Assembly (NCBI RefSeq): GCF_018977255.1 | Contig: NW_024704742.1 | Span: 137,084,001 to 137,148,000 of the forward strand | Direction of reading: 5' to 3' | Length of the DNA: 64,000 nucleotides | Source of the DNA: Callorhinchus milii | Lineage: Eukaryota | In this document: one piece after another, positions 11,827 to 24,404 of the stretch | Layout of the letters: the number at the start of each line of letters is the position of its first letter | How positions within the stretch are numbered: the first letter of the stretch is position 1 | Position numbers and translations under genes: made by a program | Notes under the pieces: generated by a model | Told to the model about the DNA's origin: nothing | What the model saw: only the letters and a program-made list of their open reading frames with translations | The model's database searches: none

Positions 11827-12319
11827 ACACCATGGTTATGTAAGATAAATGGTATTGAGTTTGTGACTTGAGTTGGACAGAGCAGGAGAAACTGGAGACT
11901 GAAATCATTAATATCAGCTGACGAGGCATCAGGATACATCAGCGAGGTTTAAACACTGGCTCTTACATGAGAAATTCTGTTGTGTACAATAAAAATAAAA
12001 GTTATTAAGTGTATTGCCGTCTGTCAGCAAATGTGATTTGAAGCACTGTTGGTTCAGAGAGTTCCAGATATTGGAATAAGGGCCGTACTTAAATTAATTG
12101 GATCCATAGTCCCAATGCCTGGATAAATGGACATGTATGTGTGGATGTCTGACAGCAGTGAATACAGCTATTGCTCTGTTAAATCCAGTTTGTATTATTC
12201 TGTACGGATTCTCCAGTGAACAGCTCATGTCCCATAAACACACATACACACACCCCCCCGGCCCTAAGCCCCTCACCCACCCCCTCTCCCTGCTTAATCT
12301 GTGATCAAAATCGATATAA

Positions 12320-13680
12320 AACAACAAAAAAATCACACGTGTCAAGCACCTTTCACATCAGGAGGGTGTCCCAAGGCGCTGGACAATACACTTAGACCCG
12401 AGTGTTTCAGACCCGAGCTGGGGGTCAGGATTGGGGAGGATGGAGGGCAGTGGGGGGAAGGAGGCATGGTCGAAGAGGAGGGTCTTGAGATGGGTCTTGA
12501 AGGAGGCAAGGGAGGGGGGTGAGGCGGAGGGACTGCGGGATGGAGTTCCAGAGGGTGGGGTCAAAGTGGCTGAAGGATCGCCCGCCCATGATGGGGTGGG
12601 GGGGTGGGGGGCGAGGCAGGGGATGTGAAGCAGACCGGAGCCTGCTGATCGGAAGGAGTGAGCAGGATGGTAGGGAGTTGAGAGGTCGCAGAGGTAGGGG
12701 GAAACAAGACCATGGAGGGCTTTCAATGTGAGGACCAGGATCTTGAACTGTATTCTCTGTGTGATAGGAAGCCAGTAAAGTCGGGTGAGGATGGGGGTGG
12801 TAGGGTCATAGAGTTTGGTGCGGGAGAGGACACAAGCTGCAGAGTTCTGGATGATCTGCAGCCTGTGGAGGGAGGAGTTGGGAAGGCCAACAAGCAGTGA
12901 GTTTGCATAGTCGAGCCTGGATGTTATGAAAGCGTGGATGAGGGTTTTGGTGGCCTGCGGTGTGAGACACTGGTGGAGCCTTGTAGCGCAAATGTGGGAG
13001 TTGAGGGTTAAAAACAAGACCCCCAAGGGTCTGGGCTGGCTTAGCAAGGTGGAGGGTCCGACAGGCAGTCTCTCAGGACAGCAGTGGTCCTGGAGTTGAG
13101 GGTGGAGGCAGAAAGGTAGAGTTGGGTGTCATCCGCATACATGTGGAAGTTGACCCCATGTCTGCGGATGAAGTCACCAAGAGGGAGCATATAGAGGGTG
13201 AAGAGGAGGGGACCAAGGACAGAGCCCTGAGGAACACCGCATGAGACGGTGCGGAGGCTAAAGGAGAAGCTGTTTGTGGAGATGAAGTGCAGACGGTGTG
13301 AGAGGTACGATCTGAACCAATCAAGGACAGAGCCATGGAGATTGAGGTGAGAGGCGAGGAGGTGGATGAGGATAGAGTGGTCGACGGTGTTGAAGGCAGC
13401 AGAGAGGTCAAGGAGGACGAGGAGGCAGAGGGAGCCCTGGTCTCAGATGGACAGAATGTCACGTGTCGCTTTGACCGGGGCTGTTTCTGGGCTGTGGGCG
13501 GCACGGAAACCCGATTGAAGAGGTTCGAGAAGGGAGTGACGGGAGAGGAAGGAGCGAAGATGGGAAGCAACAACTCATTCCAGGACCTTGGAGAGGAAGG
13601 GGAGGTTGGAGATAGGACAGTAGTTTGAGAGGAGGGATGGGTCCAGGGAGGGTTTTTTTTAAAGGTAGGAGCGATAACGA
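12320..13680 (-). mobile_element. 5'-truncated, decayed L2 LINE with reverse-transcriptase remnant (pseudo-ORF2)
   Basis: Minus-strand translation NYCPISNLPFLSKVLE*..QSGFRAAHSPETA..LLDLSAAFNTVDH..GVPQGSVLGPLLF..YADDTQLY (YADD at 13128-13139), then LIHAFITSRLDYANSLL..WLPITQRIQFKIL; in-frame stops and an internal deletion near 13050. Confidence 0.95.
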
Positions 13681-13749
13681 CGGTTTTTATCTATAATAAA
13701 CTCCACATCCGATCCAGTGTCCCGAAGTCGTGAAGGCGCATCGAAATGC

Positions 13750-14000
13750 GCTCCACAGCACAGTGTAGTAACTGTGTTTTGTAAGTGAACACCACAGCTA
13801 AGTTGTGCACAGAGACATCCTCACAAACAACCACAAAGTCAACAACAGATTTTATCTGGGTGATTGCCAGCCAGGACACCAGGAAAGATAAACTCCCTTT
13901 TCCGCTTGAACAGGCAGACGGGACCTCAGTTTAACGTTAATTTTGAAGGACGGAATCTCTGACAACGCAACAACATTTCTGCATTGAACTGGAATGTCCA
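13750..14000 (-). mobile_element. SINE family B fragment
   Basis: ccaggacaccagg..aaactccc..gaacaggcagacgggacctcagtttaacg. Confidence 0.7.
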
Positions 14001-14284
14001 GTTTTTTCCTATTGGTTATCAATTACTATTTATGGGTTACTAGTTACTGATTACTTGTCGCTTGATTTTATTTGATAGTTTCCAGTTGTAGGTTTTCCGG
14101 TTGGTAGTTGGTAGTGCTGTTTTCTTGTTACCAGTTACTGGTTAAGGGTTAGTGTTTAGTGATTGGTGTGTTCGCAGCTCACAACACACAATCAATGTCA
14201 GCTCGCAGTCTGTAACCATACAATATAAAATGACACCTGTGTAACAGGCGCCTTTCCCGTCGTGAGGACGGGCTATTATCATCA

Positions 14285-14628
14285 TCATAATAATAATAAT
14301 CCTTGCGTTTGATATACCGCCTCAGCTCGTCTTCGAGACGTCTCAAAGCGCTTCACAGAATATACTGTAAAGTGTAGTGACTGTACATTTTGTGGGCGAA
14401 ACGCAGCAGCCAATTGCGCACAGCGCATTGCGTAATGTTTTTAGGGAGTGATTTTGACCCCCTGGAACACGATCTGCCAATCGACTAACAACCGGGTTCC
14501 TACTTACTGTTAGGTAAGAGGTGTGTGGAGTGAGGAAACTTGCCTAAGGTTTCACCCCGTCCAGGAATGAAACCCGGGTCCTCTCGCTTGCGGGGGCGAG
14601 CGCGCTAACCACTAAGCTACAAGACTCT
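14285..14628 (-). mobile_element. SINE family A
   Basis: Tail aataatccttgcgtttgatat; head gggtcctctcgcttgcgggggcgagcgcgctaaccactaagctac. Confidence 0.88.
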
Positions 14629-15241
14629 ATTATCTGTGTAATTGGAAGCGACTGTAAGCAGATGTTGTTGGATGTGGCCTGGAGGGTGCGGAGTGAGATG
14701 CGAGGGAGGGGGAAGGGGAGAAGGGAGAAGGGATTGGGGGGGTTGCGGGTTTTGTGGCTCTGTTTGTTTCAGCCTGGGTGACTTACAAGGTGATGTTTGA
14801 CAACATCAGGAGCGCACAGCCCAGGGTGATATTAGGATAATAAGACAAACCATCTCTCAGAGACAACAGACTCTGGGTATGTAAATAGTGTGTGTCAGGC
14901 GGTGTGGACGGCCTTTGGCTACACTGTAATCTCCGCGCAGTGATTACCATGTGTCAGACTCACTCATTCTGATTATGACATGTTAATTACATGCCACCCT
15001 CACGCTATTATGAGTCGCCCGACCGAAAGCACAAACAGACGACGGGTTTTTCTTTTAACACTTTGAACAAAGGCGCTCCCTGTAAAGTGATCTGTAACCC
15101 CCCTTTAACCCACTCTTTTACCCCCCCCTTTCCCCCCAACCCCACACTACTCCAACCCCACGCACGGGGACAAGAGCTTTCAACTTCTCAACAAGCCTTT
15201 TGGGTCACTTTTTAATGTTTAATACTTGTGATAATGAGATT

Positions 15242-16250
15242 CATACACACACACAAACATACACAGACACACATATACACATACACAAACATACACAGAC
15301 ACCCATATACACACATACAAACATACACAGACACACATATACACATACACAAACATACACAAACACATATATACACACACACACAAACATACACAGACAC
15401 ACATATACACACACAAACATACACAAACACATATATATACACACACATATACACAAACACATACATATACACATACATAGACACAGATATGCACACACAG
15501 ATATACACAGATATACAAATACAGATATATATAATTATACAATCCTTGCATTTGATATAGCACTTTATCGCGTCTTTGAGACATCTCAAAGTGCTTCACG
15601 GAATATCCTGTAAAGTGAATTGACTATATCTTGTGGGCGAAAATATATACACATATACACACAAACACACAGATACACACACAAACACACAGACACACAC
15701 AAACACACAGACACACACAAACACATAGATATACACAAACACACAGATACACACAAACACACAGACACACACAAACACATAGATATACACAAACACACAG
15801 ATATACACAAACACACAGATATACACAAACACACAGATACTCACACAAACACACAGATACACATACAAACACACAGATACACACAAACACACAGATACTC
15901 ACACAAACACAGATACTCATACAAACACACAGATACTCACACAAACACACAGATACTCACACAAACACACAGACACACACACCAACATACAGATACACAT
16001 AAATGCACAGATTCACACACCAACATGCAGATATACACACACAAACACACCGGTACACACAAACACACAGATACTCACAAACACACAGATACTCACAAAA
16101 ATACACAGATAGGCACACAAACGCACAGATACACACATAAATACACAGATACACCCACACACAGATATACACACACAAACACACAGATACGCACACAAAC
16201 ACGCAGATAACACACCAACACGCAGATACACACCCAAACACACACACCAG
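15242..16250. repeat. Degenerate CA-rich microsatellite tracts, with a SINE tail at 15533-15642
   Basis: (acacacagat/acacaa)n. Confidence 0.9.
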
Positions 16251-16794
16251 CAACTGAGCAAGCGATGTATCTGGGGGATTGTCAGGCATCGGGAGAGAGA
16301 AACTCCCTTCTCTTTTCCATTATTGGAATGGGATCTTTAATGTTAACCTGAACAGGACACAGGACAATGCGACGTTCTCTCTCTCTCTCTCTCTCTTTCT
16401 CTCCCCCAACACTGCGCTGGAATGTCAGCCTGGACTGTGAACTAACTCTCTCACCCAGTAACAGTCGGAGGATGCAGCCTCTCCTCATGCGTAGGTCACC
16501 ACCACTTCGTGTGATAGTGTGATGACTAAACTGACTTATTCATGAGTCTCGCGACGTGTAGTGACTGTGTTTGTAGGTGAGCGCGGTAGCCATTTTGCCC
16601 ACTCCAAGGTCCCCTGAACAGCCATAAAGAGACGCTGTGAGTATTAACAATACTAATACCACAACGTTGAAATGCATTTTGTGGGTGAAATGCAACAGCC
16701 AATTTGTGCGCAGCAAATAGTCCCACAAACAGTCGTGGAGTGAGTGAACAATTTTATTTGGGGATTGTTGGTCAGGACACCAAGAGAGAGAAAC

Positions 16795-17301
16795 TCATAC
16801 ACACATACGCGCAACACACACGTGCACACTACATACACAAGCACACTACACACACATACACACTACTCACACACTACATACACAAGCACACTACACACAC
16901 TTACACACTACATACACATGCACACTACACCACATGCACACTACACACACGTACGAACTACACACATAGACACTACTCACACACATACACACTGCACACA
17001 CATACACACTACATACACATACACACTACACACACATACACAAACACACTACACATACACACTATACACACATACACACTACACGCGTACACCACACATA
17101 CACTGCAAAATACACACTGCAGCATAAGCACACGGCATTACACATTCACACTAGACACACACACCTACACACTGCACACATCCACCACACACACATACAC
17201 ATACTGCATTTCACATACACATCAGACCCACAGCTTAAACACACGCGACTCACAAGAAATCCACACCCTGAACACACACACACGCATACACACGCTGGAG
17301 A

Positions 17302-17332
<31 letters not shown>
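16795..17332. repeat. Degenerate CA/CTA-rich microsatellite
   Basis: (cacactacacacata)n ending in pure (CA)n. Confidence 0.9.
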
Positions 17333-17335
<3 letters not shown>

Positions 17336-17961
17336 CCCACCCTGTGCTGTGCTGTGCTGTATTGCTGGAGGGATTTACAGATATTGATTACACAGTGAAA
17401 TTGATGGGAGCCAGACTGAGGCAGTGAGCCGGGCGGCTGGGGAATTTACTAATTTTTTGCTATAGAGCTGGATCTCATCTACAATGAGATTTTCAATTGT
17501 CTGCGAGCCTCCCTGTTAGTATGCAAAGGTTTTCACCCCGGCTGCTGTTTTATATGCTAATATTCTATTTAAATAGCATCTATTTGGGGACGGACATCTC
17601 ACACTGCGCTGTTACACTCTTCCCCACAACTCCAGCCGCTCACTCAATGATTGCTGATTCACCGGTGAACATTGAATGTTTCCCAACTCCCCACGAAACA
17701 CTGTGTTGTTTACCTCCCCCCCTTATGCCCCCTCTTCTACCACCCAACTCAGTTCCTTTCTCTCTCTCTCTCCCTCTCTCTCTCACTCTCTCCCCTTCTC
17801 TGTCTCTCTCTCTCACTCTCTCCCCTTCTCTGTCTCTCTCTCTCTCTCTCTCCGCGCTCTCTCTTTCAGACTCCTCTCTCTCTCGCTCTCAAAGGCGTCT
17901 ATCTCATGGTTTTATCCCAGCTGCTATTTCCACCTTGTCCACGTTTATCCCGAAATCTGCG

Positions 17962-18355
17962 GGTCAGCCTGGCTCAGTGGTAGCGCTCTGGCCTCTGAGT
18001 CAGAAGGTTGTGGGTTCAAGCCCCCCTCGTCGGAATCACAGGCTAAGATGACGCTCCATTGCAGAGCTGGGGGGGGGGGGTGTTACATTGTCTGAGGGGC
18101 CATCCTTCGGGTTGAGACGTTAAACTGAGGTCCCATTTGTGTGTCTGGTCAGAAAAACTAAGAGTTGGCTGATAATTCCCCCCACCCAATACATCACACG
18201 CCAGTAGCCATTTGTGGGACGTTGCTGCGCACAAATTAGCTTCTGCGTTGATCCACAAAAAATGCACAATCACTACACTTAGTGGCAATTAGTGTGAAGC
18301 GCTTTGAGTCGTTTGGATATTTGAGGCTGTTTCGGATGCGAGGGCTGTTGTTATT
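17962..18355 (+). mobile_element. SINE family B
   Basis: gtcagcctggctcagtggtagcgctctggcctctgagtcagaaggttgtgggttcaagccc. Confidence 0.85.
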
Positions 18356-18789
18356 CTTATATGAAGATGTTATATTCAGCACCTCCCTATCTCGCTGATC
18401 TGTTACCCCATTCCTCTGCTTGGCCATCTCTGGTTCCTTGTGTACCCTTATATCTGGCGTCAAAACCTACCTCTTTGAACACACCTATAGCCGCCTCCAC
18501 CCTCCCCCACCCCCTCTCCATCGCTTAACTGTTACAACAACTTGGGATTGAGTTCCACAGCTTCGGGGTGTAGTGACAGGGTGTGAATGCACAGCCACGG
18601 ATGGTGGGGTGGATGGTCCGAGGAACAAAGATTTGCCCCCGTGAAGCAACTTGTACAGTGTGAATCGCCGAATGTCTAAGTTAAACCCTCCCGGCCTAAA
18701 GCACTCACTGTGAGCAACACTGCTCTAAGTGCTCAGCCTGACTCTCGCCTCCGAGTCAGAATGCTGTGGGTTCAATTTTTATTTTCAAG

Positions 18790-19097
18790 TCATAATCCTT
18801 GAATTTGAAATAGCGCCTTATCGCGACCTCGAAGCGTCTCAAAGCGCTTCACAGGACATACTGCAAACGGAAGTGACTGTTGTATTTTGCGGGCGAAACA
18901 CGGCAGCGGGCAAACCAACAAAAAGTCGTGGGTTGAGTGACTTTTTTTTTGAGGGATTATCAACCCCAAGGAAAGCGATCCACTGATCAACTAACAACCG
19001 GGTTCCTACTTAATGTTAGAGGCGTGTGGAGGAAGGAAACTTGCCGGGTTCTCTCGCTTGCGAGGCGAGTGCTCTAACTACTGAGCTGCAGGACTCT
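18790..19097 (-). mobile_element. SINE family A
   Basis: Tail and head on minus strand. Confidence 0.8.
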
Positions 19098-19809
19098 ATG
19101 TCCTTTAAAGTCCCAGGATCACCAATACTGTGGATTCAATGTGTGTGAGAGTGTGTGTGTGTGGGGGGGGGTTGGGGGATTGATGAGAAGCAGCGAGCTA
19201 AAAGGGTTAACGCTTTGTTCAATCTCTTTCTAATTCACCGCTCAAATAAGTGTCCTGTGCAAACAATACAGAGCGGACACCTGACTTGTTCAGTAGCTGT
19301 CAGCTCCCCTTAATAAATAAGATTCTCTTTTTAAGCTGTGTGTCTGTGGGTGGACAGCGGGTCAGCCTTCAGTAAACACACAGCCCATTAAACATTTTGT
19401 CTTGCAAGGCTGTCCTAATGAAAAGCAATCGCGATTCACTGTGTTTTAATGAAGAAGGCATTGGTTTTACTGCGCTCAATTTATGGGGCCAATTCCCAGT
19501 GTCGATCACGGCGCCTCTCGTTGGTCTGCCCGTACCCCCCACCCCCCCAGCCAGCTTGTTAGCCGCTCTAAGTGCCTGTAAAATGCGTGTTACTCTCCCA
19601 GTGACTCGCTCGTACTCAATTTACCGTCTGACATGTCCCATCCTGCGCCTGCTAGCAGTAACCAGTTGTGGCAATGATATGCATGTAAATTAATTACCCT
19701 CTCGCTCGCTCGCCCACCCGCCTACTCTGCATTGCTGACTCCCCGCGCTGGGAGATGAAGGTGACGGTAATGATGATGACGAAGGTGATGAAGGTGACAA
19801 AGGCCCTCA

Positions 19810-20067
19810 CCCGCTCTGCCACCCCCCCCACCACCGCCGTACAGAACTCCATCCCGCATTCCCTTTTCCTCCCGACCTCCTTTGCCTCATTCGAGGAGCG
19901 CCCTCTTCGATCGTGCCTTCGACCACCCTCCTACTCCCACCCTCCCTGCCCTCCACCCCCTCCCCGATCCCGAACCCCTGCTCGGGTCTAAATCGCTGAC
20001 TGTTCAGCGCTTTGGGACGTCCTCCTGATGTGAAAGGCGCTGTGTAAATGCAATTTTGTATTGTATT
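19810..20067 (+). mobile_element. L2 LINE 3' fragment
   Basis: gaactccatcccgcattccc..gactgttcagcgctttgggacgtcctcctgatgtgaaaggcgctgtgtaaatg. Confidence 0.8.
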
Positions 20068-20219
20068 GTGTCTGTGCTGGTGCTCGTTCCCCACTGGAGC
20101 TCTCTACTCTAACCCCATTCCCACGCAAAGGCATTTGGGAGATGATTGGAGCTCGTGGGTTGAGGCTCTGGGAGCGAGCAGAGTGGGATGTTGGCCAGAT
20201 AGTAACAAGGAGGTGTCCA

Positions 20220-20540
20220 TTTCAAGATCCTCTCACTCATCTACAAATCCCTTTGACCTGCTTACTCCCCACTCCACTACCCGCTGCCTCCACTTGACTA
20301 GCTCTGGCCTCTTGCATGTCCTCGGGGCCTCCGTTCCACCATTGGTGGCCGTGCATTCAGTCCCGAAACTCTGGAACGCTCTACCTCTATCCCTTCCCTT
20401 CCTCTCCCATCTTCAGGTCGTGTTTGAAAGCTTTCCGATTCAAACCCCGTCTACGGTCATCTCCCACTCCTTCCGGCTTGATGTCGTGCTCCGCCACTGT
20501 CAAGCGCTCTGAGACGCTACAGGTTGTTGTGGTGGTTGTC
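20220..20540 (+). mobile_element. L2 LINE 3' fragment (second L2 lineage)
   Basis: ..PKLWNALPLSL..; 3'UTR gtcgtgctccgccactgtcaagcgctctgagacgct. Confidence 0.75.
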
Positions 20541-21239
20541 GAAGGTATCTCATTTTGATCTGAGTCAGTTGTCTGTGTCATTTGTCAATGGGAGGAAAAT
20601 AACAGTTGCCGGGTGAATTAAGAGCTTCCAGTTAGGTTAATTGATCCATGTTGGGATCAAGAACTGGGAGAAGAGCGATTACAATCTGTTTAGTAAATAA
20701 CCTGTCAGCTCCCTGTGTTAATCACTCAATGTTAATCACTCACCAAGGCAGCTACACACAGCCCAGGCAGGAGGTTGGATTGTCGAAGGCGCCATTCTTT
20801 GGCCGAGACGTTCAACCAAGTGGGGGTTCATCCACAAAATACACAGTCACTACACTACACAGTATATGGGCTGTGGGGAGTTGAGATGTCTCGATGATGT
20901 GATGATAATAATAATAATTCTTGCATTTGATAAAGTGCCTCATCTTATCTTCGAGACAGCTACAGAATATAATGTAAAGTGAATTAAATATGCATTTGAC
21001 TGGCGAAATGTGGCAGCCAATTGCACACAGTGGTGTCCCACAAACAGTGCGATCAAGTGATCAAATTATTATTTATTTTTGAAGGGATTATTACCCCTGG
21101 AAAAGCGATCCGCAAATCGACTAACAACCGATAAGGCGCTATATTAAATGTAAGGATTACTATAAAGGAAATAATAATGTTTTTGTTTGGAGTCAGTGAG
21201 ACCCATTCCTTGTTTCACTGTAAGAATCTTACATCTAAT

Positions 21240-21552
21240 CTACCGAGAGATAAACTCTGAGCTGTCATGAGGCAGACTTAAAGGGCAGGTTAGATAAATG
21301 CTTTCATTTTGAGGATTATCAGAGCGTGGAATTCTCTGTCTGTCTGAGACAGAACGACATTTATAATAATAATGATAAATAATCCATAGGTGCCTTTCGA
21401 GTTGGGAGGAGTCTCAAAACACTTCACAGGATATATACCGTAAAGTGCGGTGACTGTGCGGGATAAGCATTTGGAGAGGAAAGACTTTATAAGGGAAGCG
21501 GACAGGGGAATGAGAGCTCTAGTGGGGGAGCGAGCACCAGCACAGACACGAT
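21240..21552 (+). mobile_element. CR1 LINE 3' end, interrupted by a SINE tail piece (21360-21460)
   Basis: ..agagcgtggaattctctg (WNSL) and gataagcatttggagagg (DKHLER), then a CR1-like 3'UTR. Confidence 0.6.
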
Positions 21553-21818
21553 GGGGAGAGAGCAGGGAATGGGGTTAGAGTAGAGAGCTCCAGTGGGGGA
21601 GAGAGCACCAGCACAGACACCATGGGGAGAGAGCAGGGAATGGGGTTAGAGGAGAGAGCTCCAGTGGGGGAGAGAGCACCAGCACAGACACGATGGGGAG
21701 AGAGCAGGGAATGGGGTTAGAGTAGAGAGCTCCAGTGGGGGAGAGAGCACCAGCACAGACACGATGGGGAGAGAGCAGGGAATGGGGTTAAGAGTAGAGA
21801 GCTCCAGTGGGGGAGCGA
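21505..21818. repeat. 71-bp minisatellite, about 4.4 copies
   Basis: Unit ggggagagagcagggaatggggttagagtagagagctccagtgggggagagagcaccagcacagacacgat starting at 21553, 21624, 21695 and 21766. Confidence 0.95.
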
Positions 21819-21914
21819 GTTCAGACCTGGTGACAATAATCATGGCTGCATTTTATATAGCGTCCATAACATCAAAAGGGTTTCAAAGCACCAAATTGCT
21901 GTACAGTGTGGTAT

Positions 21915-22195
21915 AATAATAATCTTTGCATTTGATTCATCGTTGAGATGTCTCAAAGCGCTTTACAGAATATATTGAGTGACAAAATTATTATTATTTA
22001 TTTATCATAAGGGTTATTACACTGGAGAAAAAGCAATCCACCAATCGGCTAATAGCCAGGTTCCCGCTTACTGCGAGGTAAACAGAGGCGTGTGGAGTAA
22101 GGAAACTTGCCTAAGGTTTCGCTCCATCCGGGAATCGAACCCGGGTTCTCTCGCTCGCGAGGCAAGAAGGCTAACACCTATGCTACAGAACTCAA
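21915..22195 (-). mobile_element. SINE family A (internally deleted)
   Basis: Tail plus ggaatcgaacccgggttctctcgctcgcgaggc. Confidence 0.8.
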
Positions 22196-22657
22196 CAATT
22201 TGCTGTTGAACACGCCTAATCTGGGAATATGAGAAAGAGAGAGAGAGAGCATTCCCTGGGCAATTCAGAAGAGAGTTGCTTAATACTAAGAGATTAAAGT
22301 TGAGTGCTCTACACTGTCAATTTTTGCATAACCTACAGATCTGATTAGCACACGCAGACTGTGATAAATGTAATTTCACAGCAGAGTGAATGTGTTTATC
22401 TACAGCTATAACCCAATCATTTCATTACCTCAATTTGCTCCTACCCCTGATCGTTCTGCCTTTTAGATGACGAGGAGATGCGCGGAGACTGAGAGGGATT
22501 GCTCTTTAACTACATTATTTAATATTTTAGGGCACGTTTCACTCACAAAATATCCCGTCAAATCACTTTACAGTGTATTCTGTGAAGCGCTTTGAGACGT
22601 TCTTGAATTTATGATCAGGCGCTATATCGAATGTAAGTATTATCATCATTATTATAA

Positions 22658-22785
22658 TTTCCATGTGTAGGTGGGATGCAGGAGAATTCTCAGTTTGGTT
22701 GAGATACTCAGTTTGGTGATGGGTTTCCGCGTGTGTCAAACACCCGGCTTGGAGGTTGGCAAAAGCCAAGGCTTGGGGGACCTCA
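22658..22785. repeat. Family U repeat fragments joined in opposite orientations
   Basis: atttccatgtgtaggtggga..cacccggct (as in 57933-58029) followed by ggttggcaaaagccaaggcttgggggacc (opposite orientation). Confidence 0.7.
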
Positions 22786-22794
22786 CAAGATTTT

Positions 22795-23178
22795 AATAAT
22801 AATAATCATAATAATCCTTGCATTTGATACAACGCCTTATCACGTCTTCGAGACGTCTCAAAGCGCTTCACAGGATATACTGTCAAGTGAATTTGCTGTA
22901 TATTTTGTCGGCGAAACGTATCAGCCGATTGCACACAGCAGCGTCCCACAAACAGTCGTGGATTGAGTGATCTATTTAATATTATTTTTTTGGGAATTAT
23001 TACCCCCGGAAAAGTGATCCGCCAATCGACTAACAGCCAGGATCCTACTAACTGCTAGGTAAACAGAGGCGCGTGGAGTAAGGAACGTTTTGCCCAATGT
23101 TTCGCCCCAGCCCGGGAATCGAACCCGGGTCCTCTCGCTTGCGAGGCGAGTGCTCCAACCACTGAGCTACAGGACTCC
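22795..23178 (-). mobile_element. SINE family A, full length, well preserved
   Basis: Complete head, body, Deu-like domain and (AAT)n tail. Confidence 0.92.
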
Positions 23179-23599
23179 ACGGTGGTCACACACCCACACA
23201 CATGGTACAGCCCCTCCTGCTCTGTTAGGGAGTGTGATATCCTCTCTGTGAGCCAAGCTGGGGACTCAGGTTATGCCCTAATGTGACTGCTGAGTGTAAA
23301 GTGAGCGGTTAATGTGCTTTGCTGTCTGGACAGTGAGGTTCACTCTGAGCTCCGCAATGGGCTGGGGACTGTGGAGAGACGTATAACATTACTGCTCCCA
23401 GCTCCTTATAAATCACCATCCAGCCAGCACACTGCACAGTCTGGCCCCCACAGGCTGCCTCTTATCTCTGCTTCTGTGCCATCGTGTAATTCCACTAGAG
23501 ACATAGTGTGAGAAAGAGAGAGAGAGAGAGAGAGGAGGTGAAGGAAAATAAGAAAGTAAGAAATCTCACAGCAAAGGAGAAAGACTGCGAGACTGATAT

Positions 23600-24004
23600 A
23601 GCGTCTTACCATGCCATCGAGACGTCTCAAAGCGCTTCACAGGCAAAATGTAGAGACTGTATGTTTTGTGAGTGAAAGGCAGCAGTCGGTTTTTGCGCAC
23701 AGGAACGCCCCACAAACACGGGAGGGACCGATTTTATTTGGCTGATTGTTGGCCAGGAAACCAGGAGAGAGAAACTCCTCGGTTTATTATCTCATTCGAA
23801 GGACGGCACCTCCGATAATGCGACACTCCCCACCCCCCCACCCAGTGCTGTATTGGAGCGTCAGCTTAGACCATGTGTCCAAGTCCCGATGTGAAGCTTG
23901 AACCCACAACCTTCTGACTCAGAGGCAAGAGAGAGAGAATGAGAGAGAGCGAGAGAGAAAGAGAGAGAGAGAGAGAGAGCGCTACCACTGAGCCAGGCTG
24001 ACAC
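23600..24004 (-). mobile_element. SINE family B, (GA)n expanded in head
   Basis: ttgaacccacaaccttctgactcagaggc(GA)n gctaccactgagccaggctgacac. Confidence 0.85.
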
Positions 24005-24404
24005 ACAGAACGGGAGGAGGAGAAAAGAAATGACGAAAAAGAAAGGAAAACAATTGAAAGCAAAAGAAAGGAAGAAGATAAAACCGGAGAAGGGAGTTCT
24101 CCTGGTGTCCTGGTTTGATAGTCACCCGTCTGATCCTCAGGTGTGAACCCTTAGCAGCTTGGGTTGGAGACTCCCAAGTAAAGTGATGGGTTACAGACAA
24201 GCGCCTGATACCTTTTCCCCCCCACCGTTCGGCTGACAGCACCCCCCCCACACCCCCCACCACCTGATAAAAATCTAACAAGCTCCGTGGCAGTTTGTGG
24301 GACCTTGCTGTCTCCAAAATGGCCGTCGTCGTTGCCAACAGTCACTACACGTCGGCGGCCATTGTTGAAGCTGGGTGTCAGGTGCAAGTTTTTTTTTGAA
24401 AAAA

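Noticed and set aside
12358..13573. Functional reverse-transcriptase gene
   Set aside because: 5'-truncated, with in-frame stops, frameshifts and an internal deletion; a dead L2 copy.
15200..17387. Long His/Thr- or Cys/Val-rich ORFs (also at 31-32 kb, 39.6-40.2 kb, 43.4-44.0 kb, 51.7-52.3 kb and 58.4-62.3 kb)
   Set aside because: Translations of CA/TG/GA microsatellites that lack stops by composition.
19750..19810. Acidic coding-like stretch (gaaggtgac/gat repeats)
   Set aside because: Short low-complexity repeat with no splice signals, running into an L2 fragment.
21505..21818. CRISPR-like array
   Set aside because: Units are head-to-tail with no unique spacers, there are no cas genes, and the context is eukaryotic.
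23095..23178. tRNA gene (CGC anticodon cloverleaf), here and at about 25 similar sites
   Set aside because: Each is followed by SINE body and tail, copies are diverged, and the acceptor stem is out of register; these are SINE heads.
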